From the NCBI RefSeq assembly GCF_009914755.1, contig NC_060947.1: a DNA stretch of 64,000 nt; one strand, 5' to 3'. The position numbers and the translations under genes were made by a program. This document shows, piece by piece, positions 1-14,499 of this stretch. Every line of letters starts with the position of its first letter. Position 1 is the first letter of the stretch. Origin of the DNA: the human T2T-CHM13v2.0 reference genome, Homo sapiens. Under the pieces are notes generated by a model, which saw nothing but the letters and a program-made list of their open reading frames with translations, was not told the DNA's origin and did no database searches.

Positions 1-369
1 TGGAAATGTGCAAGATGGTCAGAGTGCCATGGTGGAGCTGTTCCACTGCGATAAGAAATTCACAGACAGGCAAGTCATTGTTTCCTTATAACTCAAGTAT
101 TATATTTGTCTGGCTACAGTTGAGAATTTTTTCTTTATCTTTAGTTTTCAGAAGTTTTAATATGATATGCTTGGGCCTGGATTTTTTTTAGACTTAACTT
201 GTTTAGATTTCACTAAGCTTCCTAGATCTGTGGGTTTATGTCTTTTATCAAACGTGGGCATTTTTCAGTCGTTATTTCTTCAAATTTTACCTGCATCACA
301 TTCTTTATTCTCTATTTGTGGGAATCCTATAACTTCAATCCCTCTTATCAGAAAAATAGATTTCCCTTT
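1..369 (-). mobile_element. Ancient L1ME/L1M 5'-region fragment (left part, interrupted by LTR8)
   Basis: Sequence such as ttctttatctttagttttcagaagttttaatatgatatgc...ttatttcttcaaat resembles the reverse strand of the old L1M ORF1/5' region. It continues at 8310-8730. Confidence 0.6.
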
Positions 370-1061
370 TGAAACCACCTTTGAAAAGTCTATGACAGTG
401 AGAGAAATCCAACATGGCTAGCTCCTTCTTGGTTCTAGCTTCACAGGCTGGCTGTCTTCACTCATTCCTGGGCATTGGCCAAGCTAACTAAGCAAGGAAT
501 TTAGATTATGGTTTCACTTGGAAGAAAGAATTATAATAGTCCCTTCCTAAAACTAATCCCCTCTATGTTTGGGGGCTGAAACAATCTTCATAAAACTAAT
601 GAAAGACCACAAGATTAGATTATGGGAAGGACGTAATTCTGCTAAAATATAGGCACATTTTCTATAATCTCTTACTGCTCAAGAGTCAATATGGCCAGAC
701 GTTATAAGATTTTTGACTTCCTTCCTCAATTGCTTCTATATATAACATCATTATTATAGAACCTCAGATTGGTCTTTTGAGATTTTTTTCAGACTTTTGC
801 ATTCTGGCAACTGACTCACCCCACCCAGACACAAGACTCAACTACTCCTATGGCCTCTACCCAGAGGTAGACTCATTGCATGAAGACCATTTTCCACACC
901 CCATGACTGTGTCCCCAACCAATCAGCAGCACCCATTCCCTAGCCCCTTGCCTACCAAACTATCCTTGAAAAACTCTAACCTCTGAACCTTCATAGAGAC
1001 TTACTTGAGTGACAACTCCAGGATTGCCTCTTGGTGGCCTTGTGTTAATTAAACTCTTTCT
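370..1061 (+). mobile_element. LTR8-family (ERV1) solo LTR, 5' part
   Basis: Starts TGAAACCACCTTTGAAAA, matching the recalled LTR8 start. Its 3' end lies at 8220-8305. A 4-bp TSD CTTT sits at 366-369 and 8306-8309. Confidence 0.85.
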
Positions 1062-1662
1062 TGAGCAGGAGTTTCTACTCTTATATCAGATAAAAGGCTT
1101 TAAAACAACAAAAATTAAAGACAAGGAAGGGCATCACATAAGGGTAAACAAGGATAAAGATAAACAAGAAGACATAACTATCTTAATTATATATGAACCT
1201 AACAGAGCACCCTGATTCATAAAACAAGTTCTTCTTGGCCTATGAAAAGACATAGACAACCACACAATAATAGTGAGAGCCTTCAACATCTCCACTGAAA
1301 GCTTTAGACAGATCATCAAGGCAGAAAACTAAACTAATAAAGAAGCTCTAGACTTAAACTCGACACTTGACCAACTGAACCTAATAGACAGCTACAGAAC
1401 ACTCCACCCAAAAACCACAGCATATACTTCTGATCTGCACATGGAACATATGCTAAGATCAACCACATGACCAGTCATGAAGCAAGTCTCAATAAATTCA
1501 AAAGCATTGACATTGCACCAAGCACACTCTCAGAACACAGTGCAAATGGAGAAAAAGGATATTAGAGTTTGAAAGAAAAAAACAGGCATTGCATTTCCAC
1601 TCTCTGACAAAACAGACTTTAAACCAACAAAAATCAAAAAATACAAAGAAGGGCATTATGTA

Positions 1663-2319
1663 ATGGTAAAGGGAACAATTCAACAAGAAGAGCTAACTAT
1701 TCTGAAAATACATGCACCCAATACAGGAGCACCCAGATTCATAAAACATGTTCTTAGAGACCTACAAAGAGACTTAGACTCCCACACAATAATAGTGGGA
1801 GACTTTAACACCCCACTGTCAGTATTAGACAAATCAATGAGACAGAAAATTAAAAGGGATATTCAGGACTTGAACTCAGCCCTAGATCAAGTGGACCTAG
1901 TAGACGACTACAGAACTCTCTACCCCAAATCAACAGAATATACATTCTTCTCTACGCCACATGGCACTTACTCTAAAATTAACTGCATAATTGGAAGTAA
2001 AACACACCTTCACAAATGCAAAAGAACTGAAATCATAACAAACAATCTCTCAGACCACAGTGCAATCAAATTAGAATTCAGGATTAAGAAACTCACTCAA
2101 AACCACACAATTTCATGGAAATTGAACAACCTGCTCCTGAATGACTCCTGGGTAAATAATGAAGTTAAGGCAGAAATCAAGAAGTTCTTTAAAGCCAATG
2201 AGAACAAAGAGACAACATACCAGAATTTCTGGGATGCAGCTAAAGCAGTGTTAAGAGGGAAATTGATAGCACTAAATGCCCACGTCAGAAAGCTAGAAAG
2301 ATCTCAACATCACAGTTAA
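1663..2319 (+). pseudogene. L1 ORF2p APE-like endonuclease domain fragment
   Basis: The 218-aa frame has L1 EN motifs [33 protein letters not shown] and [10 protein letters not shown]. It is frameshifted downstream. Confidence 0.9.
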
Positions 2320-2491
2320 AAGAGCTAGAGAGGCAAGACCAAACTAATCCAAAAGCTGGAAGAAGACAAGAAATACCTAAGGTCAGAGAAGTATTGAAGG
2401 ACATAGAGACATGAAAAACCCTCCAAAAAATCAACAAATCCAGGAGTTGCCTTTTTGAAAAAAATAACAAAATACATAGACCACTAGCTAG

Positions 2492-2629
<138 letters not shown>

Positions 2630-2637
2630 TAAAAGAA

Positions 2638-3648
2638 ATGGATAAATTCCTGGACACATACACCCTCCCAAGACTAAACCAGGAAGAAGTCAAATCCTTG
2701 AATAGACCAATAACGTTCTCTGAAATTGAGGCAGTAATTAATAGCCTACCAATCAAAAAAGGCCCAGGACCAGACAGATGCAGAGCTGAATTCTACCAGA
2801 AATACAAAGAGGAGCTGGTACCATTACTTCTGAAACTATTCCAAACAATAGAAAAAGAGGGACTCCTCCCTAACTCATTTTATGAGGCCAGCATCATCCT
2901 GATACCAAAACCTGGCAGAGACACAACAAAGAAAGAAAATTTCAGGCAATACTATTCAAGAGACAGGCATGGGCAAAAATTTTATGATGAAATCACCAAA
3001 AGCAATTGCAACAAAAGCCAAAATTGACAAATGGGATCTAATTAAACTAAAGAGCTTCTAGGCATAGCAAAAGAAACTATCAGAGTGAACAGGCAACTTT
3101 ACAGAATGGGAGAAAATTTTTGCAATCTACCCATCTGATAAAGGTCAGATATCCAGAATTTACAAGGAACTTAAACATGTTTACAAGAAAAAAACAACCC
3201 CATCAAAAAGTGGGCAAAAGATATGAAGAGTCACTCCTCAAAAGAAGACATTTACATGGCCAACAAACATATGAAAAAAAGCTCAACATCACTGATGATC
3301 ATAGAAATGCAAATCAAAACCACAACGAGATAGCGTCTCACAGCAGTCAGAATGGCGATTATCAAGAAGTTAGGAAACAATAGATGCTGGCAACGCTACA
3401 GAGAAGCAGGAACCCTTTTACACTGGGAATGTAAATTAGTTCAACCATTGTGGAAGACAGTATGGCAATTCCTCAAGGATCTAGAACCAAAAATACCATA
3501 TGACCCAGCAATCCCATTACTGGGTATATACCTAAAGGAATATAAATCATTCTACTATAAAGACACATGCACATGTATGTTTATTGCAGCACTATTTACA
3601 ATAGCAAAGACATGGAACCAACCCAAATGCCCACCAATGATAGACTAG
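2638..3648 (+). pseudogene. L1 ORF2p Z-domain and C-terminal fragments (RT core deleted)
   Basis: [17 protein letters not shown]...[18 protein letters not shown], then CWQ...HWECKLVQPLWKTVWQFLKDL...MFIAALFTIAKTWNQPKCP. Confidence 0.88.
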
Positions 3649-4749
3649 ATAAAGAAAATGTGTTACATATACACCATGGAATACTATTCAGCCATAAAAA
3701 GGAATGAGATCATGTCCTTTGCAGGGACATGGATGAAGCTGGAAGCCATGATCCTCAGCAAACTAATACAGGAACAGAAAACCAAATGCCGCATGTTCTT
3801 ACTCATAATTCAGAGTTGAACATTAAGAACACATGAATGCAGAGAGGGGAACAACACAAACCAGGGCCTCTTAGCAGGTAGTGGGTGAGGGGAGAGAACT
3901 TGGAGAATCAGTAAGTGCAGCAAACCACCATGGCACACGTATACCTATGTAACAAACCTGCACATTCTGCACATGTATCCCATTTATTATTTTAGAAGAA
4001 ATGAAGGGGGAAAAAAGACTAACAAAGTAAAAAAAGAGAGAGAAGATCTAAATAAGTACAATCAGAAATGACAAAAATGACATTGCAACTGATCCCACAG
4101 AAATACAAAATATCCTCAGAGAATACCATGAACAATTCTGTGCACACAAATTACTACCTCCAGAGGAAATGGATAAATTCCTGGAAACACATAATCTCCC
4201 AAGATGGAATCAGGAAGACATTAAAACCCTGAGTAGACCAATATTGATCTATGAAATTGGATCAGAAAAAACAAACCTACCAACCACAAAATGCCTGGAT
4301 CAGATGGATTCACAGCCAAGTTCTACCAAATGCATCAAGAAGAACTAGTACCTATCCTACTGCAACTATTCCATAAAATTGAGGAGAAAGACCTCACTCA
4401 TTCTATGAGGCCAGCATCAGCTTAATACTGCAAAAATCTGGCTGCGACACAACAAAAAAGGAAAATTCAGGCCAATATCTCTGATGAACATAGGTGTAAA
4501 AATCCTCAACAAAATATTAGCAAATCAAATCCAGCAGCACAACCAAAAGTTAATACACCATGATCAAGTAGGCTTTATTCCTGAGATGCAAAGCCAGTTT
4601 GACATATGCTCATCAAGAGATGTGATTCACCACATTAAACATAATTAAAACAAAAAACATATTATCATCTCCATAGATACTGAAAAAGCTTTAGATAAAA
4701 TCCAGCAACACTTCACAATAAAAACCCTCAAAAAAACTAGGCATCAAAG

Positions 4750-6035
4750 TGTGTCTGGAATTGGTGGGTTCTTGGTCTCACTGACTTCAAGAAGGAAGCC
4801 ACGGACCCTCGCAGTGAGTGTTACAGTTCTTAAAGATGGTGTGTCCAGAGTCTTGTTCCTTCTGATGTTCAGACGAGTCCGGAATTTCTTCCTACTGGTG
4901 GGTTCGTGGTCTCACTGACTTCAGGAGTGAAGCTGCAGACCTTCGCAGTGAGTGTTACAGCTCTTAAACGCAGCACGTCTGGAGTTGTTCGTTCCTCCCA
5001 GCCGGAGTTATTCGTCCCTCCCAGTGCGTTCCTGCTGTTGCTGGCTTCAGGAGTGAAGCTTCAGACCTTCACAGTGAATGTTACAGCTCATAAAGGCAGC
5101 GCAGACCCAAAAAGTGAGCAGCAGCAAGATTTATTGCGAAGAGCAAAACAACAAAGCTACCACTGCGTGGAAGAAGACCTGAACAAGTTACTGCTGCTGG
5201 CGCGGGTGGCCTGCTTTTATTCCCTTATCTGGCCCCACCCACATCCTGCTGATTGGTCCATTTTACAGAGAACTGATTGGTCCATTTTACAGAGAGCTGA
5301 TTGGTCCGTTTTGATAGAGTGCTGATTGGTGCGTTTGCAAACCTTTAGCTAGACACAAAAGTTCTCCAAGTCCCCACCTGATTAGCTAGACACAGAGCGC
5401 TGATTGGTGCATTTACAAATCCTTAGCTAGACACAGAGTGCTGATTGGTGCGTTTATAATCCTTTAGCTAGACAGAAAAGTTCTCCAAGACCCCACCCAT
5501 CCCAGAAGCCCAGCCAGCTTCACCTCTCACTGGCACTGGCCATGGGACTTTGCAGCACCTAGCTCAGGCAGTCTGGTAGCCCAGAGGGAGCTCATCCGGG
5601 ACAACCAAGAGGAAAAGAGGGGAAGCGAGAAAGAGACAGAGACCCGCCATCATGGCCAATGACCCCGCGAAGAGGGAACAGCAGTCCACACACAGGACCC
5701 AGCCTCCCATCAAGCCCAGCAGGTGCTGGACCCAGCCTCCAATCAAGCCCAGCAGGCGCCTGGCCTCCACACTGAGTGTGGGCCCGCTGAGCCCAGCCCA
5801 CCAGGAACCCCTGCTGGCCCACAAGGGCCGGGCGCAGCCCCGGCTCCCGCCCACGCCTCTCCCTCCACACCTCCCTGCAAGCAGAGGGAGCAGCTCTGGC
5901 CTGGGCTAGTCCCAGAGAGGGGCCCCCACAGCGCAGCAGTGGGCTGAAGGGCTCCTCGAGCACAACCAGAGTGGACACCCAGGCCGAGGAGGCGCTGACA
6001 GTGAGGGAGGGCTGCTAGCACGTTGTCACCTCTCA
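4750..6035 (-). mobile_element. LTR12D/E-like (HERV9) solo LTR, 1286 bp
   Basis: The minus strand starts TGAGAGGTGACAACGTGCTAGCAGCCCTC and ends CCAGACACA. Repeated CTGATTGG (CCAAT) units. Perfect TSD AAAG at 4746-4749 and 6036-6039. Confidence 0.93.
5247..5450 (-). promoter_or_regulatory. Tandem CCAAT (NF-Y) boxes of the LTR12 promoter
   Basis: Six CTGATTGG copies on the + strand. LTR12 is an established NF-Y-dependent promoter. Confidence 0.7.
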
Positions 6036-8219
6036 AAAGGAACATACTTCAAAATAGTGAGCCATCTATGACAAACCCATAGCCAACATCATATTGAATG
6101 GGCAAAAGTTAGAACAATTCCACTTGAGAACTGGAACTAGAAAAGGATGCCCACTCTCACAACTCCTATTCAACATAGTACCAAAAGTCCTAGCCAGAAC
6201 AATCAGGGAAGAGAATGAAATAAAAAACATCCAAATAAGAAATGAAGTCAAACTATCTGTCTTTGCTGATGACATGATTTCATGCCTAGAAAGCTGCTAA
6301 GGCTCTTGACTAAAAGCTACTAGAATTGATAAATAATTTTAGCAATGTTTTAGGATACAAAATTAATGTGCAAAAATCAGTAGCATTTCTATACACCATT
6401 AACATCCAGGCTGAGAGTTCAGTCAGGAACACGATCCCATTTACAATAGCCACACACACACACAAAAAATACCTAGGAATATAGCTAACCAAGGAGGTGG
6501 AAGATCTCTACAAGAACTACAAAACACTGCTGAAAGAACTCAGATATAACACGAATAAACAGAAAAACATTCTAGGCGCATGGATTGGAAAAATCAATAT
6601 TGTTAAAACGGCCATACTGCTCAAAGCAATTTAGAGATTCACTGCTGTTCCCATCAAGCTACTGACGTCATTCTTCACAGAATTAGAAAAAACTATTCTA
6701 AAATTCATATGGAGCCAAAAAAGAGCCTGAATAGCCAAACAGTCCTAAGCAAAAAGAACAAAGCTGGAGGCATCACACTACCCAATTTCAAACTGTACTA
6801 TAAGGTTACAGTAAGCAAAACAGCAAGGTGCTGATACAAAAACAGACACAAAGACAAACAGAACAGAATAGAAACCTCAGAAATAAAGACACACACCCAC
6901 AACCATCTGATCTTTGGCAAGGCTGACAAAACAAATGGGGAAAGGACTCCCTATTCAATAAGTGGTGCTGGAATAATTGGCTAGCCATATGCAGAAGAAG
7001 GAAACTGGACTGTTACCTTTAACCATATACACAAATTAACTCAACATGAATTAAAGATTTAAATGTAAGACCTCAAACAATAAAAATCCTAGAAGAAAAC
7101 CTTCTCAACATCAGCCTTGGCAAAGAATCTTTGGCTAAGTCCGCAAATCCAATAGTAACAAAAACAAAAATTGACAGGTGGTACCTAATTAAACTAAATA
7201 ACTTCTGCATGGCAAAAGAAACTATCAACAGAGTAAACAGACAATCTACAGAATGGGAGAAAATATTTGCAAATTAAGCACCCAAAAATGGTCTAGTATC
7301 CAGAATCTACAAGGAACTTAAATCAACAAGCAAAAAACAAATAACCCCATGAAAACATTGGCGAAGGACACAAACAGACACTTCTCAAAAGAAGATATAC
7401 AAGAAACCAAGAAACATGAAAAAATGCTCAATATCACTAATCATCAGAGAAATGAAATCAAAACCACAAGGAAATACCATCTCACACCAGTCAGAATGCT
7501 TATTATTAAAAAGTCAAAAAACAACAGCAACCAACAAACAGATGCTGGCAAGGCTGTGGAGAAAAGGGAATACTTATATACTGTTGGTGGGAATGTAAAT
7601 TAGTTCAGTTACTGTGGAAAGCAATTTGGAAATTTCTCAAAGAACTTAAAACAGCTACCATTCGATTCAACAATCCCATTATGGGGTATATACCCAATGG
7701 AAAATAGATAATTATACCAAAAAGACATATACATTTGTATGTTCATTGCTGTGCTATTCATGACAGCAAAGACATGGAATTAACCCAATGTGTCCATCAA
7801 TGGTGGATCCTATACAGAAAATGTAATACATATACACCAGGGAATACCATGCAGCCATAGAAAAGAATGAAATCCTGTCCTTTGCAGCAACATAGATGGA
7901 GCCAGAGTCCATAATCCTAGGTAAATTAGCACAGGAACAAAAAAACAAATCCCATATGTCTCACTTATAAGCGGGAGCTAAACATTGAGCATAAATGGAC
8001 ATAACATGGACCTAAACATATGTCCATAACGTGGACATAAACATGGGAACAACAGACACTACAGATTACTAGATGGGGGAGGAAAGGAGGAGGGCAAGGG
8101 CTAAAAAATTACCTATTGGTACTATGCTCACTACCTAGATGTGATATACCCACGTAACACAACTGCACATGTACCCACTGTATACAAAATAAAAGTTGAA
8201 ATTTAAAAAATACATACAT

Positions 8220-8305
8220 AAGCTCTTTCTCCACTGCAAAACCACAGTCTCCGTGAATTGGTTTTGTCCATGCAGTGGGCAGGAAGAACCCATCAAGTAA
8301 TTACA
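8220..8305 (+). mobile_element. LTR8 3' end
   Basis: ccactgcaaaaccacagtctccgtgaattggttttgtccatgcagtgggcaggaagaacccatcaagtaattaca ends in CA and is followed by the TSD CTTT. Confidence 0.85.
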
Positions 8306-8309
8306 CTTT

Positions 8310-8730
8310 CTCACAGTTTTCAGCACCTGGAGCCTTGCTGACATCACTGTTATTATCACCACTACTACTGTGGGACTGTCTGGGGGCTGAGAAGGAAAAG
8401 AAGAAAAAAAAAGTAAAATGAATCCTACTGCCTCTGAATATTAGTTATCCACTTTCCTGCTTCTTAAACCAGAACTATGTTTTTCCTGCAGTTCTGTCTA
8501 GGTCCCTACCTTGGACTCAGGACTGGAGATACTGGAGGGAAAAAATGGGAAACTCACCAACAGTTGGTTGGTACTTCAAATTCTCATCTTCCTCATCAAT
8601 CTTCCTGCTACCATTTACTTTTCAAAGCTCTCACTTAGCTGCTGCAGGTAATCTGTTTAAATTTTATAACTGTATTCACTAAGAAAGACAAGGTAGAGTA
8701 TGGTTACTCCATCTTAACTCTTGAAGCCAG
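8310..8730 (-). mobile_element. Ancient L1ME 5' end (right part)
   Basis: Ends aaggtagagtatggttactccatcttaactc, like the reverse complement of old L1ME 5' termini (aagatggagtaa). Confidence 0.6.
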
Positions 8731-9278
8731 GACTTTCTCAGCCTCAATTTTGTCACCTGAGAACTGAAACCATCAGTGGTTACACAGCATAATTGCATTA
8801 AGAACGTGATCTTACTATTCCAGGAAATTCTTATCTGAGAAGATGAAATTGTATATAATTTTTGGTTGTTTCAGGGACTTCCTAAAAATTCAAATATTTG
8901 AACAAAAGAACACTCATCTAATTCTCATCAGGGCAATGGGCCCCTTCTCAAATTGCCAAGTCATTCCGTGTACTTTTTTTGTTATTGCTACACTTCAAGG
9001 CTTGCTTCAAAACTCTTACCTCACTGTGTTCATCAGTTCCAAATGATTGAAATATCACAAATTATTCCAATCCTAATCATGCTCCAGCATTAAATTATCT
9101 ATTCTAAATCAGACCCCCAGAGTCTTATGCATATCTTACTATTGACTACCCCTTCCTAGACATTACTAAGACAGGCAAATACTGATATCTCTTATTGCAG
9201 TATGAGATAAATGGACTTAGCCTGATCAATCAAAACATTATTATGGTGTGTGTATCATAATACATATAATATATAATA

Positions 9279-9952
<674 letters not shown>

Positions 9953-11584
9953 GATGTTTGTGTGTGTGTGCTTGTGTGTGTGTTTGTAGAAGTCAGCAAT
10001 TGACAGACCTATCCAAAAATATTCTTGTGGGACCAATTTAGCAATTGAAAACACTTACCAGTTCCTCTACTTTCACAAAAATAGTTTAGACAAATCACTA
10101 AAGATCTTAACAAGAGTTTATATATCACAAATGAGAGACATGAAAATTACCCAGTTTATTTACACCTGCCAACCTTTATGGACTAGAAAGTTCCCTGGAT
10201 CTCACCATCCCAGCATTGTCAATAAGAAGTTTTCCATTTGTTTTGCCTTGTTACACATGATACCCAGAAGACAATTTTATTTTTCTACGTCCACTTCTAT
10301 GTTCAACAACTTTCCTATATTAGAGTCATGTGGTTAGCTCCCATCTTCTGAGTCTCTCTCAAGCTCCCAGACACCCACCTCAAAACACTTAACTTCTGTA
10401 CCTTTTTTCTTTGAACCAATGTTCCTTGTTTTCATACGTACAAAACTATCACCTGTTCTGTAGAGAACCAAACCATAATTATTGGATGCTTGAACTATAA
10501 ATGCCACACACTAGTGTGTTAATATAGGTATGTGTGTAGTTAAATAAATATGTCTGAGCTAAAGGAAGAAAAATAACTCATTTGCCCTTAATCCAATTTA
10601 TTTCCAGGCTATATGACTTGTCTGCTTTTTTAAAAATTTTGCCTAATATCTCAAAGGCTCTTCTCCCCTTTTTGCTTTTTATTTTAAACAAGACTGACAT
10701 TAATGTCTTTAAAAGTATCATGTAAATATGTTATGCATGGTGTAACCAAAATGTGAGGCATTGCGATTTTAGAAACTGTGTCTTTAAAATTTTCCATTGC
10801 ATTTTAGAAATATTTGGTGTAGTTTGTCATGTTGCAGTTTCCTTTGTTTCTCCAGCTTTTTTTCACTACCCAAAAGTCTCCACTCCTGCTAGACCATCTA
10901 CTCCACTCTTCTTTCCATTTCCTATCTCAAATCCCCCTTTCTCTAATTACCTCTATCAAGTTTGACTCACATATACTTAAACAAAGATTGGCTTCTGGTA
11001 AAGTATATAGAAATAAAGCTATGTACACTAGAATTTTGCTTGAGGGGAACTCACAGTGGGGAAAGGATTTGTATAATTCCATTTTTTCTTTGGGGACTTT
11101 ATCTCTGTTCTCTGGGCTTCTTATCAAACCAATTCACAGGGCTCTTCTGTATAATATTTGCATTTCCCTGTTTACAAATCACTTTGATATACATTTGATC
11201 CTTGTGAGAACTGCTTAAGACAGGGAGCAGCATTACCCTTCTTGAACAGATTAGGAAACTGAGGCTCACCCAAAAAAGGGACACCATGGACCACGTGCTA
11301 AACTAGGCAGATTTTCCACGTTTTAAAAAAAATTTACTCATTCATTTATTTACTCACGAAATATCTTCTGCACTCTTAGGCCATGTGAATTTCTGCGTTA
11401 GGTGCTAGGCCTTGATCCTATATTACTTTCAGACTTCTGAAGTATACAGATAAGACACCTTCCTTTAGAATTTGGATAATAAAATTCTTTTGCTTAGCTG
11501 CCTTTTTTATTTCTAGATCAAACCCCGGTGTATTTCAGCTCAACCCAAGTTGAATTAGAAATTAATGAAAGGAGACAGAAACAA

Positions 11585-11740
11585 CACTAAATTGGAACTC
11601 AAGAGACATTAGGTATCAAACCTTACTCAGTCTTTCACTCTAAGTATGACCTTAGACAACTCTGTTTTTCTCTCTGAGCCTCAACTTTTCCATCTTTAAA
11701 GAGAGGCATTAGACTAGGGGTACGTACAGCTCTAAGAATC
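11585..11740 (+). mobile_element. MIR fragment
   Basis: MIR core tatgaccttagacaac...ctctgagcctcaactttt ccatctttaaa. Confidence 0.6.
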
Positions 11741-14499
11741 TGCCTTTAAAGATTCATATTAATTGGCTTTTACTATCTATTCAAAGGCCAGTGACTCTTA
11801 GTGGTGAGTGAGAACTACATTCCCCAAGGTGGGGTGTCAGAATCTCAGAGTGTGTGGAATTTAAAAAAAAAGGCTTTTAATATTATAATTGTGTATTTCA
11901 AAAAGCGAGAAAAAACCCTATTGGTTTTTTATTGAAACTTTCAAATGCAAACTTACGGTAGCCCTCTAGACTCTTGAGAACAGAGAACATAAATGGAATT
12001 TTTATAGTTAATTTAGGGTGGGAGGAATAGCATACTATCCTTTGTCCTAAAGTGTCCATAAGTTTTAAGAGGTAGAAAATGCTCTGCTTAGCTTGTAGGG
12101 GTGGCAGGCAGGGTTGGGGCAGGCGTCACAGACCCTGTGGCCACCGTTAAGAGTTTCTGGTGGGTTGCCTGCTGGGTGTCACTCCCTCCTCCTTCCTCCA
12201 GGTCCCTGTCTGTCTTGTGGGGAGGAAGCTTTTGCTGCAGTGCTCTCTCATGGCCACAGCAGCTTCCCTTTCTGATGGAGCTACTGATTGAATTACTGCC
12301 AGCTGCAAGCCAAGTGTATTATTTAACAGTCATTTACCTTGTTTCACTGTCTTCCTTTGTAGACAATTTAATCTTGGTTTTGATCTCCATGTTGTGCTTT
12401 TTCCCTTTTGGTCTCCTAACTTGTTGATTTCTGCAAGCATGCCCTTGCTGCCCATTCCTCCCTTGATTTCATCTCTCATTTCACCTAACCTGTCTCTCTT
12501 CCTGGGCACTCCTTCTCACTGTTTTTTATTTCCACTTTGCCAATTAGCACTTTGGTGTACACCCCCCTCCCAGCTTCATCCGTAGCTTTTGTCTATCTAG
12601 CATTTAGCCACACATATCTTTCTGTCATATTCTTGCAGATTACTAGACCTGATGCATCAATTTTCCCCCTTTTTGCCTGAGAAAATAGTTACTCGCTGAA
12701 TGATTGTGCTTTTCAAGCCTCCCCTACTTGAAGCTCACAAATTATCATTGATCAAAGACTTTCATTAAGTGCATCATTAAGCAAACACTATTCTTTAACA
12801 CACCTGCAACCCGTCTTTCCCAGAAGAAGAAAGCAGGGAGAAGACCAGGGCAATTCCATTGCTAAGTTCTTCCTATGAAGATAGCGTGAAGAGCAGCCCT
12901 TCATCTCCATGGGGCTGCTCTCGTCTCCACATGAGCACATAACTGGCAGTGACATAAATCAATTTTTTACGGATTAACACAGGCTTCCATGCAGAAGACA
13001 GGCAGGGCTCCTAGTGACTTGCATCTGAAGAATGCTCCTGATTTCTTTTCTTGCTCCCTTTAAAATAAAACAAATACAGAGGCTTGGAGTTGAAAGTCTC
13101 CTGAATGCTAGCAAAGCTCTGTTGAACGAAGCAAGTTGCCACGCACTGCTGAACTCTCTTTGCTCCCAGAAATGCCACTTGAGCCACCTTCCAAACCTCA
13201 GCCTCTGTGGCACCCCTTTGAAAAGGCATTGTTTCTATTTCAACTGCTAAATGTGGCCACTGACTCCTCATTTACCCCTTTGAAGCCCAGCAAAAAGGGG
13301 GAAATTGGAGGGAGGAAAGCACCTGGGAAAAGCCGCCCAAGAGCAAACATCAAAATGCCTACACCCTGCATGTGTTAGAAAAAAAAAAAATCAGTGAAAC
13401 CCAGTGGGAGCCAATAGCATGTGTTTCTTATTCTTAAAACCCCAGCAGGCTTCACTCTACCCAGACCAACTTTTGAAATGTAAAGGAGAAAAAAAGAAAG
13501 AGGAGATGATTAACAAAGAAGAAAAGCCATGCTTAGATGATGATTTTATTTCCCAGATACGCCTTTCCTGCCTCATTAATATACTTCTGGAGTGGATGAA
13601 AGTACTTGGCATCCAAAGCAGGTAGTAATGGCCCATCAAGAGATACCATGTCAGCTTCCTTAATGCTTTATCAAAGGTTTATTGAAGAATTCAGTCATCT
13701 TACTACTCTCACTGGTTTTAAAGAGTTACATGAAGACAAATGAAATGCCCCTCTCCTTCATACATTTTCCCTCAACCATTTCTGACAATATCTTTCATGT
13801 ATAAATCATTCTTCCCTGATAGCATTTGGCTGGGTCTATCATATTAACAATGGGACCAAGACAATGCCAAAGGTCTGGGTAAATGCTTTATGTTCATTTA
13901 AAGATGCAGAAATGTGTTCACAGCATATTAAACCCCAGAGAGCAGTGGGCTGTTGTTCATGCTATGTACAATATTACTGGTGCTGAAGCAACTTGGGCTT
14001 TGTAAAGTGGCAAATATATTATTAGAAGTCTGTATAGAGCTGTAGTTGAGACTATATTATTAGTAACAACAAAATGGAAAAGCTATCTCTCACCAGTGGT
14101 TTTATTGAAACCAAGCTTGAATGGCTTTTGCCAGCTTGTCTCTGTGTAGTAGTGGAAGCAGATTTATCCAGGTGCCCAAACTTGAGAGGTTCAATGTGCC
14201 AGACACTAGCAGTGGGTCTAGTCTCTTGTGTATGAAAGGCCAACCCATTCCACCCCATCATCATTCTGCCATTTCCTCTGGTTCCAGGCTTTGAACCATA
14301 TTTGGACCCTTTCTCTGCCTCTCATCAGATGCTATTATGTCCCGTTGTTTCTCTGTCTTATAGAGTCTTCTACCTGCTTCAGCCTCTCTGGGGCTGCCCT
14401 TGCTTAGCACCTCATCACCTCTTGTTGGGATACTGTAATAATATCTCCAAGGGTCTGCATACCTGTGTTGTTCCACCCAAGGCACCATGGCAGTTTCCA

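Noticed and set aside
1663-2319. 218-aa ORF as a functional nuclease gene
   Set aside because: It is a partial L1 ORF2 EN domain lacking the N-terminus, inside a truncated, frameshifted L1.
4906-6045. Overlapping 74-139 aa ORFs
   Set aside because: These are chance frames in the GC-rich LTR12.
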